DNA from: Octopus bimaculoides
Lineage: Eukaryota
Length of the DNA: 35,611 nucleotides
Assembly (NCBI RefSeq): GCF_001194135.2
Contig: NC_068981.1
Coordinates: forward strand, 112,126,615-112,162,225
Direction: 5' to 3'
Position 1 is the stretch's first letter; each line of letters starts with the position of its first letter. The translations under genes were made by a program, and so were the position numbers. The notes under the pieces were generated by a model. That model was given only the letters and a program-made list of their open reading frames with translations. It did no database searches and was not told the origin of the DNA. Positions 10,301 through 22,083 of the stretch are shown here, in pieces.

Positions 10301-11143
10301 ATGTGTATGTATTAATTATAAACCTTTATGTAACATAAGTATTTAATTTTGTGCGTATGGAGATGTAAGAGGAGCTAACAATATATCTGTGGGGATATTC
10401 ATGATTGTGTGTTTTTATAGACATATTTTTCTTTTTTTAATGAGTGAAGAAATATATAGTTTTATTAACATGAGAGAGAGAGAGAAAGAAAGAGAGCAAG
10501 CTATTGATAGTGTCTGTGTGTCTATATATTTTTGATTAAGTTTTTTTTATAAGAGTGTGTATAAAATAGATGCATGAGTGAATGAATGTAGAGAAGTTTT
10601 TATGGGACAGAATCATCTTTGTTATTGGATTAGAATGTGAGACGTGACATTTAGACCATAAGTCTGACTTGATTGTAAAATAAAGAGGCTACTAAAAGAG
10701 CCAGGATATCTTAACATCTAATTTATGGACACAGTAAGGCAGATAATTATCCTTAATGAACATGATTCCTTGCATCCATTTGTTTCTATTTCATAAATTT
10801 GTTCATGTGGACAAGCCTAATTTGATGTGTATATATTTAGATTTTAAAACCCATCAGCATATTTTTTTGGTGTGTAACTGATGAATTATGTGCAGTTTCC
10901 ATGAGCCAATCTTACATGGCTCATGGAAATTAATCAGTAGTTGCTGAAATGATTACAGTATTACACAAGATGGATTATGATGAAACAATCGTAAATGAAG
11001 CATTAAAACGATTTGCTAACTCCATTTTTTAAATATTTATCATTATAAGTACTCAGTGGGTATTTGTGGATTTTCAAGTTGTTTGATAATTGATATCTGT
11101 GGAAGTTCTTCATGTGGTAAACACCAGCTCACTTATTTTCTAC

Positions 11144-11177
11144 ACACACACACACACACACACACATGTGTGTGTGT
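11144..11177. repeat. (CA)n followed by (TG)n, a self-complementary microsatellite pair
   Basis: Direct reading. Confidence 0.9.
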
Positions 11178-11791
11178 GCATATACATCATCATTGCCATC
11201 ACTTTTACCTCTGCCTTCCACTTTGGTATGTGTTATGTAGGCCCCTCCCACCATCTTCAAAGTGTTTTGTGCCTGGTCTATAGGAATCATGTTGAGAAGC
11301 CATATCATTTTCCCATTATGAAAGCACTGACTCTAGTTAGATAAATACTATCATACACAAAATCCACCTATTTCATATAGATAACTCATTTAAATATATC
11401 AGATTGTTTGGTCTTCAGTTGAGTTCCCTGCTAATTTGTGTTGAATAATTGGTAGATGATGTGTGTCAAATGCTGCCAGAGTCTACTAAATTAAATACCA
11501 GTCATGTTAAACCCTTTTTTAAATCATTTATCTGGCCTAATGAATCATTGACATGTTATCTCTCTAAACAATTTATATATCTATAATATACCAGTGTGCT
11601 TTTTTTTTCTGGAAAAGGACTGGGAATTGGATCAGCAGCCCCATGAAACAGAAACTAATGATATTTAGAAGTTGTGTATGACCATGTGTACAACAGTTGC
11701 TTGAATGATCCTCTCATACGTTTTCTCTGAAAATCAATGATATATATTTATTCAGCCTCAGTTTAATTTCTTTGGGTTTAATTTCTTTCAG

Positions 11792-11867
11792 AGATTTGTT
11801 ACCAATTATTTCATCATTGGAGAACAACTCTTGGTTTACTGGCATAAATGCAAAGAATGTACGACTA
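11792..11867 (+). CDS. CARMIL: Internal coding exon of a CARMIL/LRRC16A-like LRR protein: (R)DLLPIISSLENNSWFTGINAKNVRL
   Basis: Polypyrimidine acceptor ttaatttctttcag and donor gtaagt. 76 nt, phase 2 in, phase 0 out. Peptide matches my recollection of vertebrate CARMIL1 [26 protein letters not shown]. Confidence 0.8.
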
Positions 11868-13200
11868 GTAAGTCTAATTACTTCATATGTGTGTGCATGC
11901 AATTGCATGGTTGAGATTTATTTTACTCTTTGCTCACTTAGGTATATATCTTTAAAAGAATGGAAAGTAATACATAACAAGAACCAATGAGTCATACATA
12001 TTTTTGGAATTTGGTATTTGCTGTTATCACACTTACTCCCCACTTTGCATTCTATTAATGATTAATTTCAATTAAATTTAATTTTTCTGTCTTTTCTCCT
12101 GCCAGTATCAGTCATTTAGACAGTGATTCATCTCATCACAATGAATCAAATTTTTCTTAATTAAAATTTCTTATTTTAGTATTGTTACTCTGTCTTACAA
12201 TATTACATTCTTGAGGCATGTATGCTTTATATTGCCTGAAGAGAGCTACCCTTTGTCATCAGTAGAGGCAAGTGAGGGAGTCTCTACATAAGCACTTTTG
12301 TTGTTAAAAATAGTTCAATCACCTTCAAATCACACCTTACAGTTCTTTTGAAGTTCTTCCATCTTGAGCTATACTTTCACTTAATCCACTTTCATTCTGC
12401 ACTGTGGATATTATTTAGATAACAGGATTTAGTTACACCTTCTAACTAACTCAGCTTATCTAATTAATACATTAATGAGAAAGTATAACTTGATATTGCT
12501 GTTGCCACTAGCAATAGTTAGTGGTATCTACTTGTTAGTAAAAGCTTTTCAGTGCATAAATGCTTCTTGATTTTTTCCTTGCTCTCTAATTACAATAAAT
12601 GGAAGAGAGCAATGAATGAGTTTTGGGCTATTGTAGTCAGTAGTTTGTGAACTATATAGTCAATGATGGTGGCTGCTTTTGCTTCTAATTTATTGTGGAA
12701 GGATATATTGCTTGTTCAAAAATATTTTTGGTTTAAAATCTTCTGAGAAGAAAATATGGACTTGACAACCAACATATAATAATATCAACCTCTTTCAGTT
12801 TCATGTGCTTCAGTATAGTCAAAATTCAAAATATTTCTGTTTAGATGAGTTACTTGGTATTTTCAATCCCATGCTGTTCAGTGGTTATGTCTTTATTTCT
12901 AACCATCACAGCTAAAGCCATGTCTTAGTACTTGCTTCATAATGCCGGTTTGATTTTAAGTAACAATGATTACAGACAAAGATGATGAGTAATTAATTGT
13001 AATAAACATTTTCTATATTTAGACTTGATTTAAAATATTTAATCTAGAAATAAACTGAATATATCTTCTTAAAAAGAGTGAACACATTTGCTTTTTTGTT
13101 GTATTAAATAAAATTTCTTTGTTGATGTTTGAGTAATTTAGTAATCAATTGAATGATTTTAAAGTTTGTTCATACTTCCTAATCTAAATTATCTTTTTAG

Positions 13201-13289
13201 ACAAGTGACGTTGCATCCGAAATTGTCAAAGTCTTCAAAAAGAATAGTGTGTTGGAAGAACTCAGTCTTAGCAATACTGGAATCAAATC
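13201..13289 (+). CDS. CARMIL: Next coding exon of the CARMIL-like gene: TSDVASEIVKVFKKNSVLEELSLSNTGIK(S)
   Basis: Acceptor atctttttag, donor gtaagt. 89 nt, phase 0 in (compatible with the previous exon), phase 2 out. LRR consensus LEELSLSNTGI. Matches recalled CARMIL1 [30 protein letters not shown], directly following the previous peptide. Confidence 0.82.
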
Positions 13290-13859
13290 GTAAGTATGAC
13301 ATACAGAAGTTTATATATAAGTCTATATTGGTAAGTTTATTAGACCAGTGCAGTATTTTTCCTGGAAGTCTGTTTTCTAAGTTCAGATCTTACATTGGTC
13401 AGCTTTGCTTTTTATCTCTTTTGGAGGGGTTCATAAAACACATTAATAGTCAAGGGTAGTAGATGGATGGAATTTTTAGAACATCAGAAGATGCCTTGTG
13501 GTATTTGTTTTGGTTTATAGTATTCTTAGTCTTTAGGTAGTATACTTACTCTGCTGCTCCATTTAACACCACCAGTTGGTCCTTGTGTGCAAGCTTTCTC
13601 TGGTATGAGGATAACTTCCATTGCTTCTCCCCACAAAAATGCAAAAGAATTATGCACACTGTTCTTCCCTCCTTGACTAATTGTTAAAAAAAAAGGTCCA
13701 TTTGTTTGTAAGTATGTACATAGTCAGGGCTAGATTTAAACCTTGGAAGGCTTGAGGCACTTCTAGTTCAGTAGATCTCTATATGCAAAAATTAAAATAC
13801 ATGGCAAGTTTATATCTCAAATCCCTTCCATCGCATGTAATTGAAATTGGTAAGTTTGC

Positions 13860-14097
13860 ATATAGAAAGTTTAAATAGTTGGCATTAGGAAGGGCATCCA
13901 ACCATAAAAACCATGCCAAAATAGACCTATCCACTGTTGGTGTCACTTGAAAAGCACCCATTCCACTCTGAAGTGGTTGGCATTAGGAAGGGCATCCAGC
14001 CATAGAAGCCATGTCAAAATAGACAGTAGAGCTTGGTCAGCTCCTTTCAAACCATCTAACCCATCCCAGCATGGAAGATGGTCATTAAATGATGAAT
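13860..14097 (+). mobile_element. RTE-type 3' tail / SINE fragment with an internal ~50 bp duplication
   Basis: gttggcattaggaagggcatcca.ccata.aa.ccatg.caaaatagac occurs at ~13878 and ~13976. Ends aaaccatctaacccatcccagcatggaagatggtcattaaatgatga. Confidence 0.8.
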
Positions 14098-14154
14098 TAT
14101 TTTTAAATTTGTAAAATAAAGGTGATCTTTTGATTTAGAGACATACAATAAAAT

Positions 14155-14782
14155 AATCATCATTGTTTAAAGTCCATTTTCCATGCTGGCATGGGTTGAA
14201 CAGTTTGACAGCAGCTGGAGAATTGCCCAGGCTCCATGTATGTTTTGGCATGGTTTCTATTGCTGGACGCCCTTTCTAGTGCCAACCACTTTGCAGTGTA
14301 CTGAATGCTTTTATGCAGCACCAACATGTGCTTCTATGTGGCACCAACACAGGTGCTTTTTATGTTGCACCAGCAGAAAGCTCAGCAGAAGAGGGATGCA
14401 GGGGATAACCACATTTTTACTTAGCTTGATGTATCTTCTCAAGCACAGAAAACCACTACAAGTCTCTGTCCACTGTCATCCCCTCTGTGAGGCCCTACAT
14501 CTGAAGATCCTTTCTCACCACCTTGTCCTTTGTCTACCTGGTTCTACCCCTTCCACATGTTCCCTCCATGATTAGCGCTCAGCACTTCTTGATGCACCTG
14601 TCTTCATTTGTATGCATTACATGACCATAGCAGTGTAGTCTTCTTTCTTGCACACTACATCTGATGCCTTGTATACCCAGTTTTTCTCTCAAATCACTTA
14701 CACTCTGTTGTATATGCACACTGACACTACCCATCCAGCTGAGCATACTGACTTCATTTCTTTTGAGATATAAATTTGTCAT
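14155..14782 (-). mobile_element. 5'-truncated RTE LINE 3' end
   Basis: ORF 14579-14782 has LREKLGIQGIRCSVQERRLHCYGHVMH, followed by the 3' UTR and tail (tcatcattgtttaaagtccattttccatgctggcatggg on +). Confidence 0.88.
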
Positions 14783-16289
14783 GTATTTTAATTTTTTTCT
14801 TTCGAGCCTTCATGTAATGAAAATGAACCGACAGTAATGACAAATGTACAAAAATAATTTGAATAACTTGACTGACTGGAATGTCATTCAGTAGTCATGC
14901 ATAAAAGTAGGTTATTGTTATACATTTTCTTTTATTATTTCAACACCATTTAGTTAATTTATTACAGTTGCATAGGGGAAAATAAGACATTATAAATCAG
15001 GGAAACAAAGTTATTTTTTATACATTCCACATTATTGTTGGTTTCAATTTCATTGATATTTTACTGATATATCCCTAAATCAAAAGATTTCTATAATGAA
15101 CTCTTCACATCCACACATCTTTATTGCAAGAGAACAGCCTTCACCAATAAAATGACTCCATCCCCAAAATGATTCAAACCAGCATCTTAGGAAATGCTAT
15201 TTTTATTAACAAATGTGAAACTGGAATAAGAAAAGGAAGGATCACCCAATTTTCCAAAATAGCTGTGGAATTTCCCCTGGAACTTCTATTAATGAAAGTA
15301 GCAAAATAAAAAAAAAATGATACATAACACAGAGCTGTCTAAGTAGCATTATAGACCCCCTGGCAAAGCAATTTTCTGGAGGCCCTACAAACACAACCAT
15401 CATAAAAGTGCTAATATATATAAATATAATTACAGAAAAAGAAATATAAAATTCTAATCTTTTTTAGTTTAATCTTTGGTGGTCTAAATACCAGACGCTT
15501 TGATGACCAGAACTGTTTCATTAATGATAAAATGTATTTGTTTAAGTAGTTTTTATGTAAGGTAAAACTCTTTACTTAGCACTATTTTCAATAGCTTAAA
15601 TTGATATGAAGGTTCTTCAATTTTTTAATCTTTGGTAGTCTAAATGTAGAAACAAAACTTTTTTCTAGAATTTGGATCCCTCTCTCAGGTGGTTACCAAA
15701 GTGTTACAATCTATGTAATAATGTGCACCCACTGTGCAGAGGCCACACCACAAATCTTAGCAGATTATCAGTCCTTTAGATATTTCCAGAGCCTACTCAT
15801 TCACTCATCACAGAAATAAAGATGTAAATGGGCAGAGTTTCAGAATGGCTATCACTATTAATCCAAAATTTCTTTTTATAATTTTTCATAATTTTGCATT
15901 ATTCCAGTTTGTCAAACACTTGATATTCCCATTCTGGAAGAAAAATTTCTTCAAAATTCCATGTTTTAATGATTGATTATTTTTAGCAGCTGCTATGACT
16001 CTATGCTGGCTGTGTTGCTCAGTCATTTGTACAAGTCAAAAGAAAAAAAATATTCATAATCTTCACTTAAAAATTGTTTTTTGTTGTTATATTTTAGTGG
16101 TCATGTTGGTGATGGAAGAGTGAAGTAGACAAGCCATAAAAGTAAAGAGACAGGCTTGAAGGGGTTGGAAGAATGGGGGTAGCAGAGAAATATTTCAGGT
16201 AGCTAGAAGAGAAGGTAGGTGACAGGTTTATCTGGCAAGGAGAGAAGCAGAAAGTAAGAGGTTTGCCTATATTCTACAGCATGCAGGCT

Positions 16290-18350
16290 AGAGGTGTGAG
16301 GTGATCGAAAATGCTAGACAGTTTGTCTGAGAAAATCATGATGTTGTAGAAGAGAAGTGTGTATAGATGGCTGATGGTACACTTGCTCTGAGTGATTCTG
16401 TAAAAATAAATAAAACGCATGAAAGTGCCAGTATGAGAGGCACTATGTTGAGAATGCATAGGAGGAGAGTCTTCCTAATGTAAACCTGACAGAGGGACCA
16501 GCTATCTATTTTGACAGCGGTGTGCTAGATAAAGCAATTAAGGCTATGGAGAGCAATTAAGCTCCCTGCCCATCAGGAATTACTAAGATGCTTAAAATAT
16601 CTTGCAGAGTGGAATATGGCCTAGGTTGTTCAGGAAGGCATCATACAAAATAACTAATGCAACAATATTATAATCAACTGTAAAAAGGGTAAAGGTGATG
16701 CCTTAGAGAGAAATAATTACAGTGGTATCAAATTGCTGGACCAGGTCATGAATGTTATAAAAAAGGATTATAACTCAACTAATTAGAAAGAGAATTAGCT
16801 TAGATGAAATACAATATGGTTTTGTGCCAGGGAGAAACACTACTTATGCTCTCTTTCTAGTAAGGCAACTGCAGAAGTATCTAATGAAAAATAAACTGCT
16901 GTACTTGGCATTTGTCAACATGCAGTAAGCTTTTGACAGAGTTCCTTCCTCCCTCATCTGATGGTCACTGCAGATGTTGAATGGCTGGTGATAACCATCC
17001 AAGCCATGTACAGGGCTGCTGTCAGTAAGGTGAAAATTGGCAATGAGTTCAATAAGAAATTTAGTGAGCAGGTAGGAGTTCACCAGGGTTTGGTTCTCAG
17101 TCCTCCTCCTGTTTATTGTAGTCTTCCAGGACATAGCAAAAGAGTTTAATACTGTGGGAACTCCCTCTATGTTGATGACCTTGTTCTTATAGCTGAATCT
17201 GTAGAAGAATTAGAAATGAAATTCCAAGCATGAAAGCAATACCTAGAATCAAAGGCCATAAGTTTAACTTAGCAAAAACCAAAGTTCTACTTAGCAGGAA
17301 AACACAAATTACAAATCTCTTCGTGAAAATGGCACTGTTTGCTATGTAGAAAAGGTGTAAGGATAAATTTTGTATGATGTACGAAAAGCAAACTGTGGAC
17401 ACATAAGAGATGTAGTGGAATAACAAGAAGGTTAACAGGGAAAGTATGAGAAAGCTTAGTGAGGTATTATGTCTGTCGGTAATAAAAAGGCCTCTATCTT
17501 AGAGTGAACAATAGATTGTATGATGCTTGCATACATGGTAATAAAACATGGGCCATAAATGGAGAGAACATGTGAAGGCTAGGAAAAAATAAAGCTAGCA
17601 TGCTTTGCTGGATGTGCATCAAAGAGCAAGTGTGTTTAGAGAAAAGTTGAACATAAGAGGCATCAGATGTAGTGTGCAAGACAGAAGACTGCACTGGTAT
17701 GGTCATGTGAAGCATATGAATGAGGACAGCTGCAGAAAGAAGTACTGATCACTAAATGTGGATGGAACCTGTGGAAGAGGGAGACTGAGAAAGGTGTGGG
17801 ATGTAAAATATGACATCCAGTTGTTGAGTATCACAGAGATGACAAAAGATTAAGATGACTGGTGATTTACTATGCTCAAGAAGACCTATCCATCGTAGCA
17901 TAAATGAAGTTCCAAAAGCTTACCATTTGTGTCTAAGCCCCTGACCCAATGCCCCAAATGTGTCTCTTTTCCTCACTACTCATCTTAATACACACCCCTC
18001 CACTCATTGGCACTATTCACTTAGCTGTTGTAACTATGAGTCACTTCCTTTGTATCTCACCGTTTTGGTATCGTCCCTACCATCTTATTTTCCACTGAGT
18101 GCCCCTCATCTTCACTCTTCCCCTGTACACCTTTTCATTCTGCCAATGGCAGTCTTCCATTGTTTATGTTCATCTCCCCTCATCCCTAGCACTGTGCATC
18201 TCTTGCATAAAGCCCATGCTCCACATCATCTGTACTACCATCTATCACCTCCCTGACCCAATCCTAGTTCCTCTACCCTCCCTTCTCCAAGCTGATATTC
18301 ACCATTCTCCTCCCAACTTTATCCATTGGCCACTTTCTTTGTCGTGTACC
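16290..18350 (+). mobile_element. Old RTE LINE (RT region, internal deletion ~17450, pyrimidine-rich 3' extension ~17930-18350)
   Basis: Degenerate KGKGDALERNNYSGIKLLDQVM, QYGFVPGRNTT, YLAFVNMQ*AFDRVP, VGVHQGLVLSP, LYVDDLVL, QERRLHWYGHV, VDGTCGRGRLRKVW. Confidence 0.88.
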
Positions 18351-18986
18351 TGAAGTTACTTTCCTGTAACTAAATATTTCTTTCATAACTCTGTCTAGAC
18401 TCTTTGTTTTCATTATTATTTCAGAATAGCAATCACAATTAAACTGATGTCTTTGAATACATATTTTTCATTACTTTTAGTGTTTATATTTGTCATACAA
18501 TTAAATTAACTTTCTGTAAAGAAAAAAATTCCTCCAAAATTCCATTTTTTAAAATTGCCTACAATTTTATTTTGGAAATTTCATCATCTTTTTTTCCTCA
18601 TTTTGCACTTTTATTATGTTTGTAATGCAGTGGAAATAACCAAATCTAAGGAGGTGGGATTTTTGTTAAAAAGTTTAATTTTTTTTACTTTACACAGTTT
18701 TAACACAAAGCTATTTAACTGGCCATGACTATTTTGCTTGTTTTTCAACAACTTTCTCACATATTTAAGCTTTTCAAACTCTAGTGTTTATGAATTTTTA
18801 AAAACAAAAAACTTTGCTTTGAATTTTGTTAAAGTTACCCATTCCCTCATCACTAAATTTTGTGGGATGTGTTAAAACAAAGTTGTCATTTGTCTTGCAT
18901 CTTACAGAAGCATGAAATTATGATCAACTTCTTTTCATTTTCCATTTTTTTATTATTTTAAAATTATAATCTTTTTACAATGATGA

Positions 18987-19175
18987 TACTCTTTTACTTG
19001 TTTTAATCATTTGACTGCAGCCATGCTGGAGCACCACCTTTAGTTGAACAAATCGACCCCAGGACTTATTCTTTGTAAGCCTAGTACATACTTTACTGGT
19101 CTCTTTTGCTGAACCGCTAAGTTACGGGGACGTAAACACACCAGCATCGGTTGTCAAGCGATGTTGGGGGGACAG

Positions 19176-19211
<36 letters not shown>

Positions 19212-19393
19212 ATACATATACATATATACAACGGGCTTCTTGTCAGTTTCCGTCTACCAAATCCACTGACAAGGCCTTGGTCGGCCTGAGGCTATAGTAG
19301 AAGACACTGGTCCAAGGTGCCACGCAGTGGGACTGAACCTGGAACCATGTGGTTGGTAAGCAAACTACTTACCACACAGCCACTCCTACGCCT
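18987..19393 (-). mobile_element. Full-length tRNA-derived SINE with internal (TG)/(TA) microsatellite
   Basis: On the minus strand: head aggcgtaggagtggctgtgtggtaag...ggttcagtcccactgcgtgg, body ...ggtagacggaaactgac, tail ...gctccagcatggctgcagtcaaatga...caagtaaaagagta. Confidence 0.88.
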
Positions 19394-20689
19394 ATGTTAG
19401 TTTGTAAAATATAAATGAAAAAAGAAAAAGAACCCAAAAAATAAAACCCATATAGCTGGTTAAATTGTGTGCTTCAGCACAAACTCTGCCTTTGGATTTA
19501 TGTTTAAATTTTTCTTTTTTGAAAATATATAGATGATGGAATTTCAGCAGTCTGTTGTTCTAGATACATGTAATTTCAGGATTGGAAGTGAAAGAAAAAT
19601 AANNNNNNNNNNNNNNNNNNNNNNNNNNNNNNNNNNNNNNNNNNNNNNNNNNNNNNNNNNNNNNNNNNNNNNNNNNNNNNNNNNNNNNNNNNNNNNNNNN
19701 NNNNNNNNNNNNNNNNNNNNNNNNNNNNNNNNNNNNNNNNNNNNNNNNNNNNNNNNNNNNNNNNNNNNNNNNNNNNNNNNNNNNNNNNNNNNNNNNNNNN
19801 NNNNNNNNNNNNNNNNNNNNNNNNNNNNNNNNNNNNNNNNNNNNNNNNNNNNNNNNNNNNNNNNNNNNNNNNNNNNNNNNNNNNNNNNNNNNNNNNNNNN
19901 NNNNNNNNNNNNNNNNNNNNNNNNNNNNNNNNNNNNNNNNNNNNNNNNNNNNNNNNNNNNNNNNNNNNNNNNNNNNNNNNNNNNNNNNNNNNNNNNNNNN
20001 NNNNNNNNNNNNNNNNNNNNNNNNNNNNNNNNNNNNNNNNNNNNNNNNNNNNNNNNNNNNNNNNNNNNNNNNNNNNNNNNNNNNNNNNNNNNNNNNNNNN
20101 NNNNNNNNNNNNNNNNNNNNNNNNNNNNNNNNNNNNNNNNNNNNNNNNNNNNNNNNNNNNNNNNNNNNNNNNNNNNNNNNNNNNNNNNNNNNNNNNNNNN
20201 NNNNNNNNNNNNNNNNNNNNNNNNNNNNNNNNNNNNNNNNNNNNNNNNNNNNNNNNNNNNNNNNNNNNNNNNNNNNNNNNNNNNNNNNNNNNNNNNNNNN
20301 NNNNNNNNNNNNNNNNNNNNNNNNNNNNNNNNNNNNNNNNNNNNNNNNNNNNNNNNNNNNATTTATGTGTTTCAGCCAAGTGGCTGCGGTCATGCTGGTG
20401 CAATGTCCATTGTCCATGCTGTATGGGTTGGATGGTGTTGTTCAAGAGTACGACACCCCCTACTGAGAATGGACTGGACCACTACATATAAATAGTAGTG
20501 GTGTGAGTAAGTGAGGTTCACACCAGTGTTTTCTGTTCAGTTTAATCATTTTTGATCCCTGTTAGACGTGAGTCACATTGTTAATCATTTGTTGAAGGTC
20601 TCCCATAAAGGTGAGCCTCATTGTTAAATTGTTGAATTGTTAGTTGCTGTTTCTTGCTCTGAATTTATAATTGTTTTTCTTCCCCATTT

Positions 20690-21985
20690 ATGGGTGAAGT
20701 AGAAGAAAAAAGAAGGATAGAGTGCGAACCAGTTCCAGCTGGCAGCTATGCTTCAGCCACTGGAAGAAGTTTAACTGCAGACGTATTACAGGTTTGAGAG
20801 GTGAAGATGGAGCAAAGGAAGTTGAAGGAATTCAGTGGACTGATTGAGAAGTGGGGAACCCGTTTGAGGTTGACCCCATGGCAAGATTTTACAGCTAGTG
20901 TAATGAAGCGGACAGTGGTATATAGAACGCTGTCCACAGCAATGTAAAAATAGAAATAGCCACAGTAGAGGCAATAGAGGAGTGTTTGAATGTGATAAAA
21001 TGCCTCACAACATTCTACACCAGAGGGAGAAGGTACAGCACAGTGGAGGTGAGGTTCACTAGTGAGCAAGAAGCGATAAATCACTCCACTGTGACACTAA
21101 GGACACCAGAGTGGGTACTTCTGCCAACTTACTGTGGCAAACAAGTGGCTAGGGTAGGGATTGGCAGAGTACCCGCAGAGATTGAGGAGGTGTGGCTGGT
21201 GGCAGCCATTATGAATAATATGGAAGAGGATGTAAAAGTGTTGAAAATAACGAGGTTGAAAGAGGTGAACTGATGGAGATATGGCCTAGAAGTGACTATC
21301 CAAGTCAGTTTACAAGACTAGCACAAGATAGTGGAGGGGGTGATACTACCGGAAGATTTAAGATTGAGAGTAGTGGTGGAGGGAAGACCACCAACCTGTT
21401 ACCAGTGTGGAATGAGGGGACACATGAGAGCAAGGTGTCCCCAGAATGAAGATAAAGGAGAAAAGGAACAGCAGCAGCAGGCTGAGGAGTGGGAGCAAAA
21501 TGCTGAAGTGATGACCCCAGTAAGTGAGAAGTGTCTGGAGAAGGTAGAGGAGGAATATACGGTGGTAAATAGAAAAAAAAAAGGAAAGAAGATGTGGACT
21601 CACCACCAAAGAATCTGTTAAAGAAAAGGAAGGAAAGTAAACAAGAAGAGACACAATATGAGATTCCAACAACATCAACAAGGGAAGCCAATGTGGAAAA
21701 TCAAGTGGGACTACAGGAACAAGTAACTAAAAAAGAACATAAAAATAAATGCATATGGGGACTTATACACAAAGCACATAGAAAATGAAGTTGGTAATAA
21801 GAGTGAAGCTAACAACAGAATACTATCCAGAGAATACCAAGGCAATTGTAATTGACAAGGAGAGATGTGCAAGACTAAGAGAATGGTTTGGAAATAGGAT
21901 AGACCCAACAGGAGTACGCGTGGAGTTTGACAACTTGCCGCCAGTAATAGATTATGAGGACCTACTGCTTTACATAAAATGGTAA
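20690..21985 (+). pseudogene. Decayed Tx1/L1-type ORF1 (gag-like, CCHC zinc knuckle) of a non-LTR retrotransposon, followed by an A-rich tract at ~22025-22083
   Basis: ATG at 20690. Pieces joined across stops and frameshifts: YSTVEVRFTSEQEA (RRM-like), ARVGIGRVPAEI, LRVVVEGRPPTCYQCGMRGHMRARCP (Cx2Cx4Hx4C preceded by V.VEGRP, typical of Tx1/L1 ORF1), E/K-rich linker, C-terminal MKLVIRVKL...LLYIKW*. Confidence 0.72.
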
Positions 21986-22083
21986 AAAAATAGTGAGTAA
22001 ATGTTTGAAACTTTAATGACTGTAACAGAGATGCAAAAAGAAAAAAATAAGAGGAAAAAATGATAAAAACGTTAAACTAAAAC

